A stretch of DNA of 64,000 nucleotides from a virus, in the IMG/VR virus record IMGVR_UViG_3300046001_004063, positions 1-64,000 of that record. One strand, given 5' to 3'. Both the position numbers and the translations under genes were made by a program. The notes beneath the pieces were generated by a model. The model was not told where the DNA came from, ran no database searches, and saw only the letters and a program-made list of their open reading frames with translations. Shown here one piece after another: positions 26,798 to 36,531 of the stretch. Within the stretch, counting starts at the first letter, position 1; each line of letters starts with the position of its first letter.

Positions 26798-29051
26798 TTA
26801 CAATGTATCCTTCGTCATTGACAACAGGTATGGTCAATGTTGATGTGGTTGTGAATTCCACTGCGTCATTGACCATACCAGCATGAATTGCACAGTCAGC
26901 AATCTGATCAAACAAGATGCGCTTGCTCAATGGCACACAAATCAGTTCGTCAATTTTGCGACCCAATGGACGAGCACCCATCTTGGGATCGTAACCTTTG
27001 TCTGCCAACATGTCGATCACATCTTCAGCAAAGGTAAGACGAATGTTCTTGCTCAGCAATGTTTCCTGCAACTCTGCTGTGAACTTGACCACAATCTTCT
27101 TGATGGCCAATTTGTCCAACTTGTTGAACTTGCACACTTTGTCAATACGATTACGCAGTTCTGGTTTGAAGAACTCTTTCATGGCACGATCTTCCTCGCC
27201 ACTCTTTTCTAACGATTGACCAAAGCCAATGTTGTTGTTTTCATTGTCTCTAGCACCTAGGTTCGAAGTCATGATAATGATACAGTTCTTGACGTCAACT
27301 GATTTGCCACTGCTGCCAGTGATCCGGGCCTCGTCCAGCATCTGCAACATGATGTTGACCACATCTGGGTGTGCCTTTTCAATTTCGTCAAACAACAAAA
27401 TACTGAACGGATGCTTGGAAATATCGCTGATCAACTTGCCGCCACCCACATTGCCGTCGTCGAAGCCCACATATCCAGGAGGTGCACCAATCAAACTGGC
27501 AATGCTGTGCTTCTCTTGGAACTCACTCATGTCATATTTCAGCAGGTGCATGTCGAGATTTTTACTCAGCAGTTTGGCCAGTTCTGTTTTACCTGTGCCG
27601 GTTGGACCTAGGAACAAGAAACTGGCCACAGGCTTTTTAGCATTGCCAATGCCGGAGAAGTTGATATAAATGCGTTCTAGCACAGTGTCAATGGCTTCGT
27701 CTTGTCCGTACAGGAACTGCTTGATGTTGCCTTCGAGCTCGGTAACTTTGGTACTGCGTTCGTTTTGTAATCTATCCAACGGAACCCCTGTGACACGACT
27801 GAGTTGTGCCATGATCATGTCACGGTTGATAGTGACTGTGCCTAGGTCTTTGACCCGCTCTCCAGCACAAGCGCCATCCAACAGGTCAATTGACTTGTCA
27901 GGATTCTTGCGATCATGAATGTAGCGTCCACTTAGTTCCACAGCCGCTGTCATTGCTTCTGTGTCAATTAGCACATTGTGGAATGTTTCTAACCGGGGGC
28001 TAATGCCAATTAAGATTTGTTCAGTGGTTTCTGCATCGGGCTCACCAATGTTGACTCTGTGGAATCTGCGCATCAACGCACGATCCTTTTCAAACGATTC
28101 GTAGTATTCTTCCCAGGTGGTACTAGCAATCACTTTGATGTTGCCTTTGGTGATGGCCGGCTTGATCATGTTGGCAAAGTCCAAACTGCTGGAGCCACTG
28201 GTGCCTGCACCCATCATGGTGTGTGCTTCGTCAATGAACAAAACACAGTTCTTTTTGGTTTCCAGCGCGGCAATAACGTCCTTGAACTTTTCTTCAAATT
28301 CGCCGCGATACTTTGAACCTGCTAGTAAGGATCCAATTTCTAATCCCCAAACTTCAGAACCTTTAAGGAACTCTGGAACACGACCTGCGTTGATCTCCTG
28401 TGCAAGCCCGTCAATGATGGCAGTTTTGCCCACGCCAGGGTCGCCTACCATCAACACGTTGGCCTTGAACTTGCGAGCCAACACAGTGATCATTTCTTCA
28501 AGTTCAGTGGCTCGACCAATCATGGGCTCTAACTTGCCGTCGGTTGCCATCTTGCTTAGATTTGTACAGTGTTGATCCAGTATCTCGTTTGCACTTTCGT
28601 TGCTGAGACCTTTTTCTGGTGCGCTGTGATTCTTTTGATAGAACTCAGCAAACTCAGTTTTGTGAACGCCATACTTCAACAAGAAGTAGTGTGCATGGCT
28701 GTTGTTTTCTGCCATCATTGCTAGATATAAATCCAACAGTGTAATTGCTCTGCGACCGGTAAACAGTACCTGCGTCAATGCACGATTAAACATACGCTCA
28801 AGGCCATTTGTTTTTCGTGGTGTGTAATCTTCTTTGCTGGTTAGTAAACTAACCTGACTCAGGATGTATGCACTGAGTTCGCCTTCGAACTGTTCAACGG
28901 CTGTGCCGTATTTGGTCAACACCGATCGAAACGGTGCGTATTGAATCATGGCCATCAATACATGTTCAGTTATTACATAAGCATGGTTGTGGGCTTTTGC
29001 AATAGCAACAGCATTGTTAACAATCTTTTCAATTTCAGGATTATTTTGCAT
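26769..29051 (-). CDS. clpA: ClpA-like Hsp100 AAA+ ATPase
   Basis: Clp N-domain; GDPGVGKT/FIDEAH and GPTGTGKT/FDEIEKAH; GAPPGYVGF; IGF ClpP-docking loop; no ClpB middle domain. Confidence 0.9.
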   Translation of the reverse strand: MQNNPEIEKIVNNAVAIAKAHNHAYVITEHVLMAMIQYAPFRSVLTKYGTAVEQFEGELSAYILSQVSLLTSKEDYTPRKTNGLERMFNRALTQVLFTGRRAITLLDLYLAMMAENNSHAHYFLLKYGVHKTEFAEFYQKNHSAPEKGLSNESANEILDQHCTNLSKMATDGKLEPMIGRATELEEMITVLARKFKANVLMVGDPGVGKTAIIDGLAQEINAGRVPEFLKGSEVWGLEIGSLLAGSKYRGEFEEKFKDVIAALETKKNCVLFIDEAHTMMGAGTSGSSSLDFANMIKPAITKGNIKVIASTTWEEYYESFEKDRALMRRFHRVNIGEPDAETTEQILIGISPRLETFHNVLIDTEAMTAAVELSGRYIHDRKNPDKSIDLLDGACAGERVKDLGTVTINRDMIMAQLSRVTGVPLDRLQNERSTKVTELEGNIKQFLYGQDEAIDTVLERIYINFSGIGNAKKPVASFLFLGPTGTGKTELAKLLSKNLDMHLLKYDMSEFQEKHSIASLIGAPPGYVGFDDGNVGGGKLISDISKHPFSILLFDEIEKAHPDVVNIMLQMLDEARITGSSGKSVDVKNCIIIMTSNLGARDNENNNIGFGQSLEKSGEEDRAMKEFFKPELRNRIDKVCKFNKLDKLAIKKIVVKFTAELQETLLSKNIRLTFAEDVIDMLADKGYDPKMGARPLGRKIDELICVPLSKRILFDQIADCAIHAGMVNDAVEFTTTSTLTIPVVNDEGYIVIDQFNPNIQ

Positions 29052-29080
29052 CTTTTCCTTTTGTGGTTCGTGTATATATT

Positions 29081-29109
29081 ATTATACAGCAATTTGTTTT
29101 ATATATCAA
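29081..29109 (-). promoter_or_regulatory. Sigma70-type promoter for clpA
   Basis: TTGATA-17nt-TATAAT; SD AAGGA downstream. Confidence 0.7.
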
Positions 29110-29885
29110 GAGGTAATTGTTCGTTTTTGCTCTATCATGTCCAGCAGATCTTTTGGTATGTCTTTGGGAATCACTGCCTGTATTTGAACCAGCATGTCTC
29201 CAGGGCCTGTGCGTCCGGGCAATCCTCTGCCACGTAATCTCAGTCGAGCGCCAGGCTGTGTGCCTTTTGGCACAACAATGGTTATCTCGTTGCCGAGCAG
29301 GTCTTTAACTGTGGTTTCAGTGCCTAGTATAAGATCCCAGATGTTTACTTCGTGGTCAGTCAACAGGTTTGATCCTTGTCGACCCCAGGTTGAACTGGCA
29401 GCAATTCTAAAAGTTATCACAAGATCACTGCTGTGTGGTCCAATGCCCCGGTACTGAACACTGTCACCATCGTTGATGCCCACAGGTATTTCTATTTCTA
29501 CTGTGGATGCTCCAATGCCAATTGTGCGTTTGCCACCTGTTGCTACATCTGCCAGAGTAATGGTTAAGTTTGCACGACTAACTGCAGGCTGTTGGCGTTG
29601 TTGACGCTGTCCAAACTGTGTGCCAAAAACATTAAAGATAGTATCAAAATCAAACTGTGGGCCACCTGCCGGATTAAAGTTGTTGAATTGTGGTCTGGGA
29701 TTGTCATACTGTTGTCGTTTGGCGCTGTCGCCTAAGGTATCGTAGGCAGCTTGTATTTCTTGAAACTTGGCAGTATCTCCACCTTTGTCAGGATGATGCT
29801 GGCTGGCCAACTTACGAAAAGCCCGTTTGATTTCATCTTGCGTGGCAGTTCGGCTCACGCCCAAAGTTGAATAGTAATCTATCAT
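29106..29885 (-). CDS. DnaJ-class co-chaperone (CbpA-like, no Zn finger)
   Basis: DYYSTLGV...HHPDKGGD J-domain; G/F region; C-terminal DnaJ domain [16 protein letters not shown]. Confidence 0.92.
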   Translation of the reverse strand: MIDYYSTLGVSRTATQDEIKRAFRKLASQHHPDKGGDTAKFQEIQAAYDTLGDSAKRQQYDNPRPQFNNFNPAGGPQFDFDTIFNVFGTQFGQRQQRQQPAVSRANLTITLADVATGGKRTIGIGASTVEIEIPVGINDGDSVQYRGIGPHSSDLVITFRIAASSTWGRQGSNLLTDHEVNIWDLILGTETTVKDLLGNEITIVVPKGTQPGARLRLRGRGLPGRTGPGDMLVQIQAVIPKDIPKDLLDMIEQKRTITS

Positions 29886-29886
29886 G

Positions 29887-29935
29887 AAAAAAGTCCTGTA
29901 CAGTTAATTATACAGGACTTGCAGGGTCGAGTCAA
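29887..29935 (-). terminator. Terminator hairpin overlapping a sigma70 promoter
   Basis: AAGTCCTGTA-10nt-TACAGGACTT + TTTT; TTGACT(29930-35)-17nt-TATAAT(29907-12) with the -10 spanning the stem end and loop. Confidence 0.7.
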
Positions 29936-30148
29936 TTACTTCTTAACAGGAACTTCGTGTCCTTCTAGCTTCTTGTGTACTTTGACTTCTTTGCAGTTTT
30001 GTTTGACTTTTTTGGTTTTTGGATCAATCACATCTCGGCCTTCTTTGTCTTTGACATCAACACAAACTCGAGTTTTTTCTTTTGGTTCTTCAGCCACTGC
30101 AAATTGACTACCTAGGGCCAATGCTAATGCTAATACGATTTTTTTCAT
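29936..30148 (-). CDS. Small secreted protein with two Cys
   Basis: Signal peptide MKKIVLALALALGSQFAVA; SD AAGGA. Confidence 0.7.
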   Translation of the reverse strand: MKKIVLALALALGSQFAVAEEPKEKTRVCVDVKDKEGRDVIDPKTKKVKQNCKEVKVHKKLEGHEVPVKK

Positions 30149-30165
30149 TTTGTTTTTCCTTTATT

Positions 30166-30789
30166 TTATCCAATCATTACAGCCGAGTATAATGTGTACC
30201 TGTCTTTATTTATATTGCGTATATTGTGCAGTGTGCCAGCACCGTTGAGAAACATAATGCCTTTGTTACGTTGTCCGGTCATTGTGTAGTAGGGGTCTGG
30301 CGTAGTGATATCAAACAGTTCGGTTCCGGTATCGTTGTCAGTTAAATTAACAATCATCTGTAGAATAATATGATTGTTGTCACAGTGAGTGCCCATTGCA
30401 AATCCCGGAGCATCATGATTTATAACAGTTACAGTTTTTGTGGAATTGACATAGTAATCAAGATTTTTGTGCCAGAGCTTTCTAAAATAAGCCTTGCCTG
30501 TGTCTATATCTGTCTGTGTTGCGGCATGAAGAAATTCTGCACGTTGCCTACTAGGCACCTGTAATAGTTCTTTCAACATATCTGACTTGCAATCTGCATG
30601 ACACTGTTTTCGTTGGTGACTGATAGCTGATGTTGTATTATCAACCCAGATGTCTGCGCAAAGTAATTCATTTGAACAATCAGGAGCATCAACTAGTTCA
30701 ACTTCCCAAAACATACTATCATACATGCCATTTAAGTGGCTTGGCTGTAGCACTTTATGTATGCGTCGTTGGCCTAGTTGTATATGCAT
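30166..30789 (-). CDS. 2OG-Fe(II) oxygenase-like protein (start moved to MHIQLG)
   Basis: HDAPGFAMGTHCD...GTELF...TLH...RYTL; TGATG coupling with the holin stop. Confidence 0.7.
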   Translation of the reverse strand: MHIQLGQRRIHKVLQPSHLNGMYDSMFWEVELVDAPDCSNELLCADIWVDNTTSAISHQRKQCHADCKSDMLKELLQVPSRQRAEFLHAATQTDIDTGKAYFRKLWHKNLDYYVNSTKTVTVINHDAPGFAMGTHCDNNHIILQMIVNLTDNDTGTELFDITTPDPYYTMTGQRNKGIMFLNGAGTLHNIRNINKDRYTLYSAVMIG

Positions 30790-31316
30790 CAGCGTTCCGG
30801 GAACGGTGGAACAACAGGTGCTGTCTTGCCACCCCAGCCTGTTATTATTTCTGTACTTGCTGGCGCTCCAAATCCTGTTGACGTACTTGCAAATCCTGCG
30901 CTTGAAGGTTGCGATCCCCAAGCATGTGTGACTGTTGTTGCTGTTGGTGCACCAAACGTACCAAGCCCGGACTGCGGTGTTGATCCAGGTATTTGATATG
31001 TTGAACCGACATTTGATGGTAAGTTGATTCCGCCATTGTTGGCTCCTCCAAGTTTTTCCTGTGTACGACCATACGCCGCAATACCCAACACAGCACCCAT
31101 GGCAATGTGATACAACCCAGCGCCTTGCAAGGTGATAGGTTGCCACTGAACGTTGACCTGTCCTTTTGAAATACTCTGTAGCACTGACCACAGCACTGGA
31201 AATATCACAAAGTCAGCAATACAGGTCAACATGTAACTCCATCCCATCATGGGACGCCATTTTGAATTCATCCAGTCTTCTTTTTTCTTTTCACTCTCAC
31301 TCATTTTTTGTGTCAT
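30789..31316 (-). CDS. Holin-like membrane protein (GTA 3TM holin-like) with low-complexity tail
   Basis: KWRPMMGWSY, two TM segments, LGIAAYGRTQEK; located near the endolysin. Confidence 0.7.
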   Translation of the reverse strand: MTQKMSESEKKKEDWMNSKWRPMMGWSYMLTCIADFVIFPVLWSVLQSISKGQVNVQWQPITLQGAGLYHIAMGAVLGIAAYGRTQEKLGGANNGGINLPSNVGSTYQIPGSTPQSGLGTFGAPTATTVTHAWGSQPSSAGFASTSTGFGAPASTEIITGWGGKTAPVVPPFPER

Positions 31317-31337
31317 ATCTGGCTCCGTATTATAATT

Positions 31338-31874
31338 TTAAAACCACAGCCAATAGCCCTGGGCCATCAGCACTAATCCCAATGCACCAACGCCTAAACT
31401 GGCCTTATACATTTTGTTGTTTACCGACAAAATACTAGCACTCAACAGCACAATAGCCAGTTGAAACAACATGCCGGAGAATGTTAGCCATGGGCTGTGT
31501 GCTCTAGCCGCTTCACGTGCGGCATCTTGTGCTCGTGCCTTGGCCAGTAATTCTCGTTTGCCTTCGCCTGTGTCAGGTTCGCTTTCGTATCTAGCAATCT
31601 TGGCTTCTAGTTTCTCAATACGTTCTTTGTCAACGCCTTTTTTAGCTTCTTCTAATTGTCCTTCGGCCAGAGTCTGTTTGATACTTTTGCTCTGATAGAA
31701 TCCATAAGTGTTGCTGGCCTGTAGCAGGTTGGTCTGTGCTGTGCTTGAAAAGCCATTGGCAAGATATGTGTTGGCAGCCAAAAATAAGGCCATAAACACA
31801 ATGACCAGGCCGGCTTTGTCTTTGATCTGTGCTTCACGCTCTGAACGCGATAGGGGTTTGTTTTCTTCAGCCAT
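31338..31874 (-). CDS. DUF4337-like membrane protein
   Basis: TM; YQSKSIKQ coiled coil; LFQLAIVLLSASIL TM pair. Confidence 0.7.
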   Translation of the reverse strand: MAEENKPLSRSEREAQIKDKAGLVIVFMALFLAANTYLANGFSSTAQTNLLQASNTYGFYQSKSIKQTLAEGQLEEAKKGVDKERIEKLEAKIARYESEPDTGEGKRELLAKARAQDAAREAARAHSPWLTFSGMLFQLAIVLLSASILSVNNKMYKASLGVGALGLVLMAQGYWLWF

Positions 31875-31878
31875 TTCA

Positions 31879-31995
31879 TTAATCCTTTTTAATCACGGCC
31901 ATCACACGAGCCTGTATGCGTTTTGCAAAGTCCGGTTGTGGGAAATTCCAACCAATGAATGCTCCTACGGCCAACCAAAATAGTGTTTCCAACAT
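31879..31995 (-). CDS. 38-aa single-TM protein in lysis region (not in ORF track)
   Basis: MLETLFWLAVGAFIGWNFPQPDFAKRIQARVMAVIKKD; GGAG upstream; fills the gap. Confidence 0.6.
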   Translation of the reverse strand: MLETLFWLAVGAFIGWNFPQPDFAKRIQARVMAVIKKD

Positions 31996-31998
31996 GAT

Positions 31999-32616
31999 TT
32001 ATGCTCCTAGTATATGTAATGCGTGTTCAGTATGCTTGATGCGATCTTCTAAGCCAATATAACCACCGTTGATGGCTCGTGTCAGGCCCTTGGTATCATT
32101 TGCATCAGCAAATCTATTTAAGTTATTTTGTTCCCAGAAGAAACAAGCACTCTGTGCGGCACCTTCGAATGTGGCCAGATACTCGGCAGCTTCTTCTACT
32201 GAAATACCCAGTGATCCTGCAAAGAATGTGTAGTTGTCCTTACCAGTCAACTGAATCAATCCACGACCACAAAAACGCCAGCCATCGCCAGACGCTTCGT
32301 CGCCATTGCCCATGCGGTTGGCATAGACTCTGTTGGCAATTTTTTCAGGCTTGTTGGCGTATTGTTGTGCCAGTTCAGCAGTGGGGAAATACTTTTTAAA
32401 CACTGTCATCAAACTTGCGGCCTTGTAGTTTAGATTTTCTTTGATAAAAACAAAATTACCTGACTCGTGTGCGCACTGTGCTACAAAGTGTGCCACACGC
32501 AGGGGTGTGTTGATTTCGTAATCATCCAGCAACTGGTCCAGTGCTTCGTGCCAGTGCGTGATGTAGGGATTCTTGACCATTTGTTTTAGTTGGTCTAGTG
32601 CTAGTATACTACTCAT
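31999..32616 (-). CDS. Glycoside hydrolase family 19 endolysin
   Basis: AHFVAQCAHESG, ANRVYANRMGNG, GRGLIQLTGKDNY, INGG. Confidence 0.92.
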   Translation of the reverse strand: MSSILALDQLKQMVKNPYITHWHEALDQLLDDYEINTPLRVAHFVAQCAHESGNFVFIKENLNYKAASLMTVFKKYFPTAELAQQYANKPEKIANRVYANRMGNGDEASGDGWRFCGRGLIQLTGKDNYTFFAGSLGISVEEAAEYLATFEGAAQSACFFWEQNNLNRFADANDTKGLTRAINGGYIGLEDRIKHTEHALHILGA

Positions 32617-32894
32617 TTAACGGCTCCTTCAAATATATTCTTTTGTATCTGATACCACTGTTGCCAAGCATCTGCTTTCACAGCGCACTCATAGTATGTG
32701 CCATAGTTGATGGTTACTGTTCTTGCAACATCACTTAACACAGGTGCATCTTTTAATTTTTCTAAATTGGGACAACGTTCTAAAGAGTTTAGCCCAGGCG
32801 GTTCAGGAAACCGTGCAGTAACTGGTACTGCGGTTGAGCATCCTGCAAGTGCGACAAGTACGGCCAAACTAACTACAACACTTTTGCTACTCAT
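32613..32894 (-). CDS. o-spanin-like lipoprotein (Rz1-like)
   Basis: Lipobox LAGC, Pro-rich stretch, two further Cys; adjacent to the endolysin. Confidence 0.75.
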   Translation of the reverse strand: MSSKSVVVSLAVLVALAGCSTAVPVTARFPEPPGLNSLERCPNLEKLKDAPVLSDVARTVTINYGTYYECAVKADAWQQWYQIQKNIFEGAVK

Positions 32895-34933
32895 TTCCTA
32901 TACCTTTTACTTTCGGGTGCCATTCCCCAGGATGCGTCTTCGGCTGCCACTGCGGGTGGTTTTGCTGTGGCCGTCTGGTATCCAGAGAAACCAGTTTTAC
33001 TAAAGTTTGTAACAGGCGCGGCAGATTTCTTTGGTGCCAATAACCCACCGTAGGTTACCTTAGACGGTGCACCTGCTGTGGTAGATGTTGCTTGAGGAGC
33101 CGCTGGTTTAGCAACTGGTGCGGCTGGTGCGGCTGGTGCGGCTGGTGCGGCTGGTGCGGCTGGTGCGGCTGGGTTAGCAACCGGAGTCGCTGGGTTAGCA
33201 CCCGGTACACCAGCAAACGGTATCTTCATTGTTCCGTAAACTTGCTTGACAGAAGCAGATGGCACACCTGCATCTTGCATCACTTTGGCCACAGCCTCAC
33301 TGTCAGTTGGGTTGCCTGCTTTCTTCCATGCTTGTAATAGTTTGTCAGCAGTGATTTTGGTTGTCAAGTTAGCGCCTTTGGTCTTGGCCCAGTCAACTGC
33401 TGAACCAACTGCTTTACTGGCAGCACCTTTGACACTATCCCAGATTCCTTCGTCAAGTTTGCGTTGACGTTCGAGGATCTTGCCAATCACCAAATAGATT
33501 TGGCTTTCAGTTAAATCGATACTTTCATTGACGCCGGCTGCTTTTGCTACAGCCGCTTTACCTGCGGCCATTGCCGCTTGCTTAGCCGCTTGGATCATAT
33601 ATGGACTGTTGCCTGCTCGCGCCATTCCCTTAGCTAGTGTCTGTTGAAATTCAGGAGTAGCCATTATTTGATCTATAGTGATTCCAGAAACATTACCAGC
33701 AAAATCACTCACTGCGCTAGTTGCAACATTAGAGGCAGCATTTGCGGCAGTACCTACCGCTGAGCCGCCACCGTCTTGTAGTTGTTGCATTAATTGGGCA
33801 CGAACTTGCTTTGTTAAAAGGTCTTTGCCCATCTGTGTTAGACCTTCACCGGTAGCACCTACAATGTTATCTGTTAAATCCAATACATCATTATAACTGT
33901 TTACCCCATTAGCGGCAATAAGTTCTTTCACTGAGTCATTTGCGGCTTTAAATGCGGCATCTTGTGCGGCTCTAGCCGAAGCAACACTACTAGCGGCTGT
34001 ACTTACATCTGGTGTGCCTTTAATCAAGTCGCCAATCTTACTAGCACCGTAAGCCATTGCGCCTGTTTTAGCACCTGAGTATGCGGCACTGGAGAACTTC
34101 TCACCTTGCAACAACTTGTCTACCAGTTTGAACAACCCAACAGCGGCTGCACCACCAACTCCCGCGGTGCTGATACCAGCGGCAGCAATCAATGCTGAAT
34201 AGATTAAACTCTGTGCAACAGGATGCTTCTTAGCAAAGTCTCTGTACTTTTGTACATATTTCATAGCACCCTGGTCGCCACCGGTTGCTTGCTTTAGTTT
34301 CTCGGCGGCACTATCATACATGGCATCAACGTTCTTGATGGGACCAGAGTTCTGTACTTTGGTCTTTAGTTCTTCCCATGCTTGACCAACAGCACTGGCA
34401 GCATCTTTGCCTTGGCCAATCAAGGTACGATTGCCGCCTGCGGCAGTGGCACCTTGTTCTACTTGTTGGAAGATTTGATTAATTTGATCAGCAGTTAGTT
34501 GTGCTTCAGAAATTCTTTGTCCAGCATTTTCCCACAACTTGTATGTGCGTGTTTCTGTAATCATTACTTTTGTTGTGCGATTGCTCTCACTTACTTTCTT
34601 GGGCAATGATTTATAATTTTGTTTACGATCAGCACCGTGAAATTCCTTGGCAACGTCCGGACTGATACCAACTTTCCGGGCAAACTTGGGATTGTGTGCG
34701 GCTGCTGCCATTGTGCGGAACTGTGCTTGGCTGGTGCTCTTTTCATCTAGTTGTTCTTCAGCTAGGCCGCCTGCTTGTGCATCTTGGTCGGCCATTCGAA
34801 CAGTTTCTGCGTCACGTCGTTGATCAGCCGCTTGTGATTGCCAACTGTCGGGATTGTCGGCTTGATCTTCAACCATGGCGGCCCTGGACGCCGCTACTCT
34901 AGGTGTTTCGTTTATAAATTCATTAAATTTCAT
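32891..34933 (-). CDS. Multi-module putative internal virion protein
   Basis: MKFNEFINE leader; linkers LAEE/LDE/VSES/ITE/VNES/LDEG; Ala/Gly-rich hydrophobic segment; PAA repeats. Confidence 0.65.
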   Translation of the reverse strand: MKFNEFINETPRVAASRAAMVEDQADNPDSWQSQAADQRRDAETVRMADQDAQAGGLAEEQLDEKSTSQAQFRTMAAAAHNPKFARKVGISPDVAKEFHGADRKQNYKSLPKKVSESNRTTKVMITETRTYKLWENAGQRISEAQLTADQINQIFQQVEQGATAAGGNRTLIGQGKDAASAVGQAWEELKTKVQNSGPIKNVDAMYDSAAEKLKQATGGDQGAMKYVQKYRDFAKKHPVAQSLIYSALIAAAGISTAGVGGAAAVGLFKLVDKLLQGEKFSSAAYSGAKTGAMAYGASKIGDLIKGTPDVSTAASSVASARAAQDAAFKAANDSVKELIAANGVNSYNDVLDLTDNIVGATGEGLTQMGKDLLTKQVRAQLMQQLQDGGGSAVGTAANAASNVATSAVSDFAGNVSGITIDQIMATPEFQQTLAKGMARAGNSPYMIQAAKQAAMAAGKAAVAKAAGVNESIDLTESQIYLVIGKILERQRKLDEGIWDSVKGAASKAVGSAVDWAKTKGANLTTKITADKLLQAWKKAGNPTDSEAVAKVMQDAGVPSASVKQVYGTMKIPFAGVPGANPATPVANPAAPAAPAAPAAPAAPAAPVAKPAAPQATSTTAGAPSKVTYGGLLAPKKSAAPVTNFSKTGFSGYQTATAKPPAVAAEDASWGMAPESKRYRK
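33115..33172. repeat. 9-bp tandem repeat (CTGGTGCGG) x6, encoding (PAA)n
   Basis: Six perfect copies plus a partial copy, read directly. Confidence 0.95.
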
Positions 34934-35403
34934 TTCTTAGGTCCTTCTGCGGCATCATTGTGTGCCTTGATAAATTCTCGAGGTATTTCACAAATACCAC
35001 CCGGCATGAACTTGGTGTCGTATTTGATTACTTCTCGATCCACGTACTCTCTTACAACTTCTGTACGACCACGAATGTACTTGATTGTTTCCTTGGTTTT
35101 GGTTTCTATTTCTGTGTTGGCAGCCGCAGATTGTTCTTCAGCAATTTTTAACTTGGCTTCAACTTCTGCAACCTTTGCTTGCCAACGGTCATCAGCGGCT
35201 TGGCCGCCTAGCATCCAGGCACCAATGACCAACAACACAACGCCTGCCAACTCAGCAGGTGTTCGGTACAGGGCAACCCCGGGAATCCAACGCACTGCTT
35301 TGCTGGCTAAAAATAGTCCAAATCCGCCTGCGGCAGCGGCCCAGGCCATGAGTACAAAAATAAAATCCGGAATTAAACTAAACATCCATGCAAGTTGCGA
35401 CAT
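34930..35403 (-). CDS. i-spanin-like inner-membrane protein (Rz-like)
   Basis: N-terminal TM segments, periplasmic coiled coil, C-terminal C.IP.EFIKAHNDAA. Confidence 0.7.
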   Translation of the reverse strand: MSQLAWMFSLIPDFIFVLMAWAAAAGGFGLFLASKAVRWIPGVALYRTPAELAGVVLLVIGAWMLGGQAADDRWQAKVAEVEAKLKIAEEQSAAANTEIETKTKETIKYIRGRTEVVREYVDREVIKYDTKFMPGGICEIPREFIKAHNDAAEGPKK

Positions 35404-35475
35404 ACGTATACCTTATATGTACGTATTTAGCAAGTGGCATATTTACTGTAACCCTATATTTTTTATGTGTTAATA

Positions 35476-36531
35476 CTAGTAAACAAACAGTTTTTGATCA
35501 CCGCGATCTGGAAACAAATCAATTTTGGTATCTTGTCTGCGTATATCTAAAGTGATACAATGCAATCCACCATCCCAAAATGTTCTTGTTCTAAATGGCA
35601 TTGCATGTGCGGTAACTCCGTGTTTTTCTAACTCTCGAAATACGCCTTCATTTTCGCCCACCATCAACACATTGTGCTCATCAATTACCAAACAGTTGAC
35701 TTCGAAGTAAGTTTCTGTATAGTCTCCTACCCAATCTTGAGCATGTTTAATCACGTGATCGTTAAATTTTGCTGATTCGACAATGCTGGGCAAATACCAC
35801 TTGCCATTACTAACAGGACCTTTTCTCCATGCAAGCGTGTGCTTGGAAAATTCTGGTTGGCTTATGTTGATACAATCCCATCCAGGAAATGTACGTTCAT
35901 AGTCTGAAAAATATTCACTGGTCAGCAACACTCCAGGTTTGATCACAGCAAAACACGCATCCACGTGGCCGCCATTGTTTAATACATGCAACCGATAATC
36001 TTTAAAAGTTTGCTGTACATATTCAACATCTATATCACCTTCATTCCAGTGAGTGTCTAGATAGAGATCACGACCAGCACGTACAGTGTTAGCGCCGCAT
36101 ATATGAGTGACCGCAGGAACATTGGGACGATTGAATATAAGGCTGGCAGGATCCTGTGAGTATTCAGCAACAGCGTCGGCCCAGGGCCGGTGGAACCAAG
36201 GGTGTCCATACAATGTGTTACCAAAAACTAAAAAATGATCACGCGGTGTGATCATGGGCTTGCGCAATTGCCCTGCACTGGTGGGATGGGTAGGGTGTTC
36301 CAAAAAATTTTCAATGCGATCATATTGGGGTCTGCGCACTTGTACACCGAACTCTTCTAACTTGCGTTGTATTACAGTGAGATCTTCTTGGGTCTTTTCT
36401 GTGATTTCATAAAAGATATCACGCACTTCAGATTCCAAATGGTCATAAAAATGTGCAGGATAACAATCTCCCAACCAGACTTCTTCCAGGCAACCCCAGT
36501 TGGTAAAACTGTTTATCTTTGGCAGTGTCAT
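35476..36531 (-). CDS. Amidinotransferase (pentein fold; glycine/inosamine-phosphate amidinotransferase-like)
   Basis: NSFTNWGCLEEVWLG, TPRD, GHVD, FEVN, WDGGLHCITLDIRR. Confidence 0.88.
   Translation of the reverse strand: MTLPKINSFTNWGCLEEVWLGDCYPAHFYDHLESEVRDIFYEITEKTQEDLTVIQRKLEEFGVQVRRPQYDRIENFLEHPTHPTSAGQLRKPMITPRDHFLVFGNTLYGHPWFHRPWADAVAEYSQDPASLIFNRPNVPAVTHICGANTVRAGRDLYLDTHWNEGDIDVEYVQQTFKDYRLHVLNNGGHVDACFAVIKPGVLLTSEYFSDYERTFPGWDCINISQPEFSKHTLAWRKGPVSNGKWYLPSIVESAKFNDHVIKHAQDWVGDYTETYFEVNCLVIDEHNVLMVGENEGVFRELEKHGVTAHAMPFRTRTFWDGGLHCITLDIRRQDTKIDLFPDRGDQKLFVY

Noticed and set aside
30790-31191. N-terminal 134 aa of the 341-aa ORF 30166..31191
   Set aside because: Out-of-frame overlap with the holin-like gene; the real start is more likely ATG 30789, coupled to the holin stop
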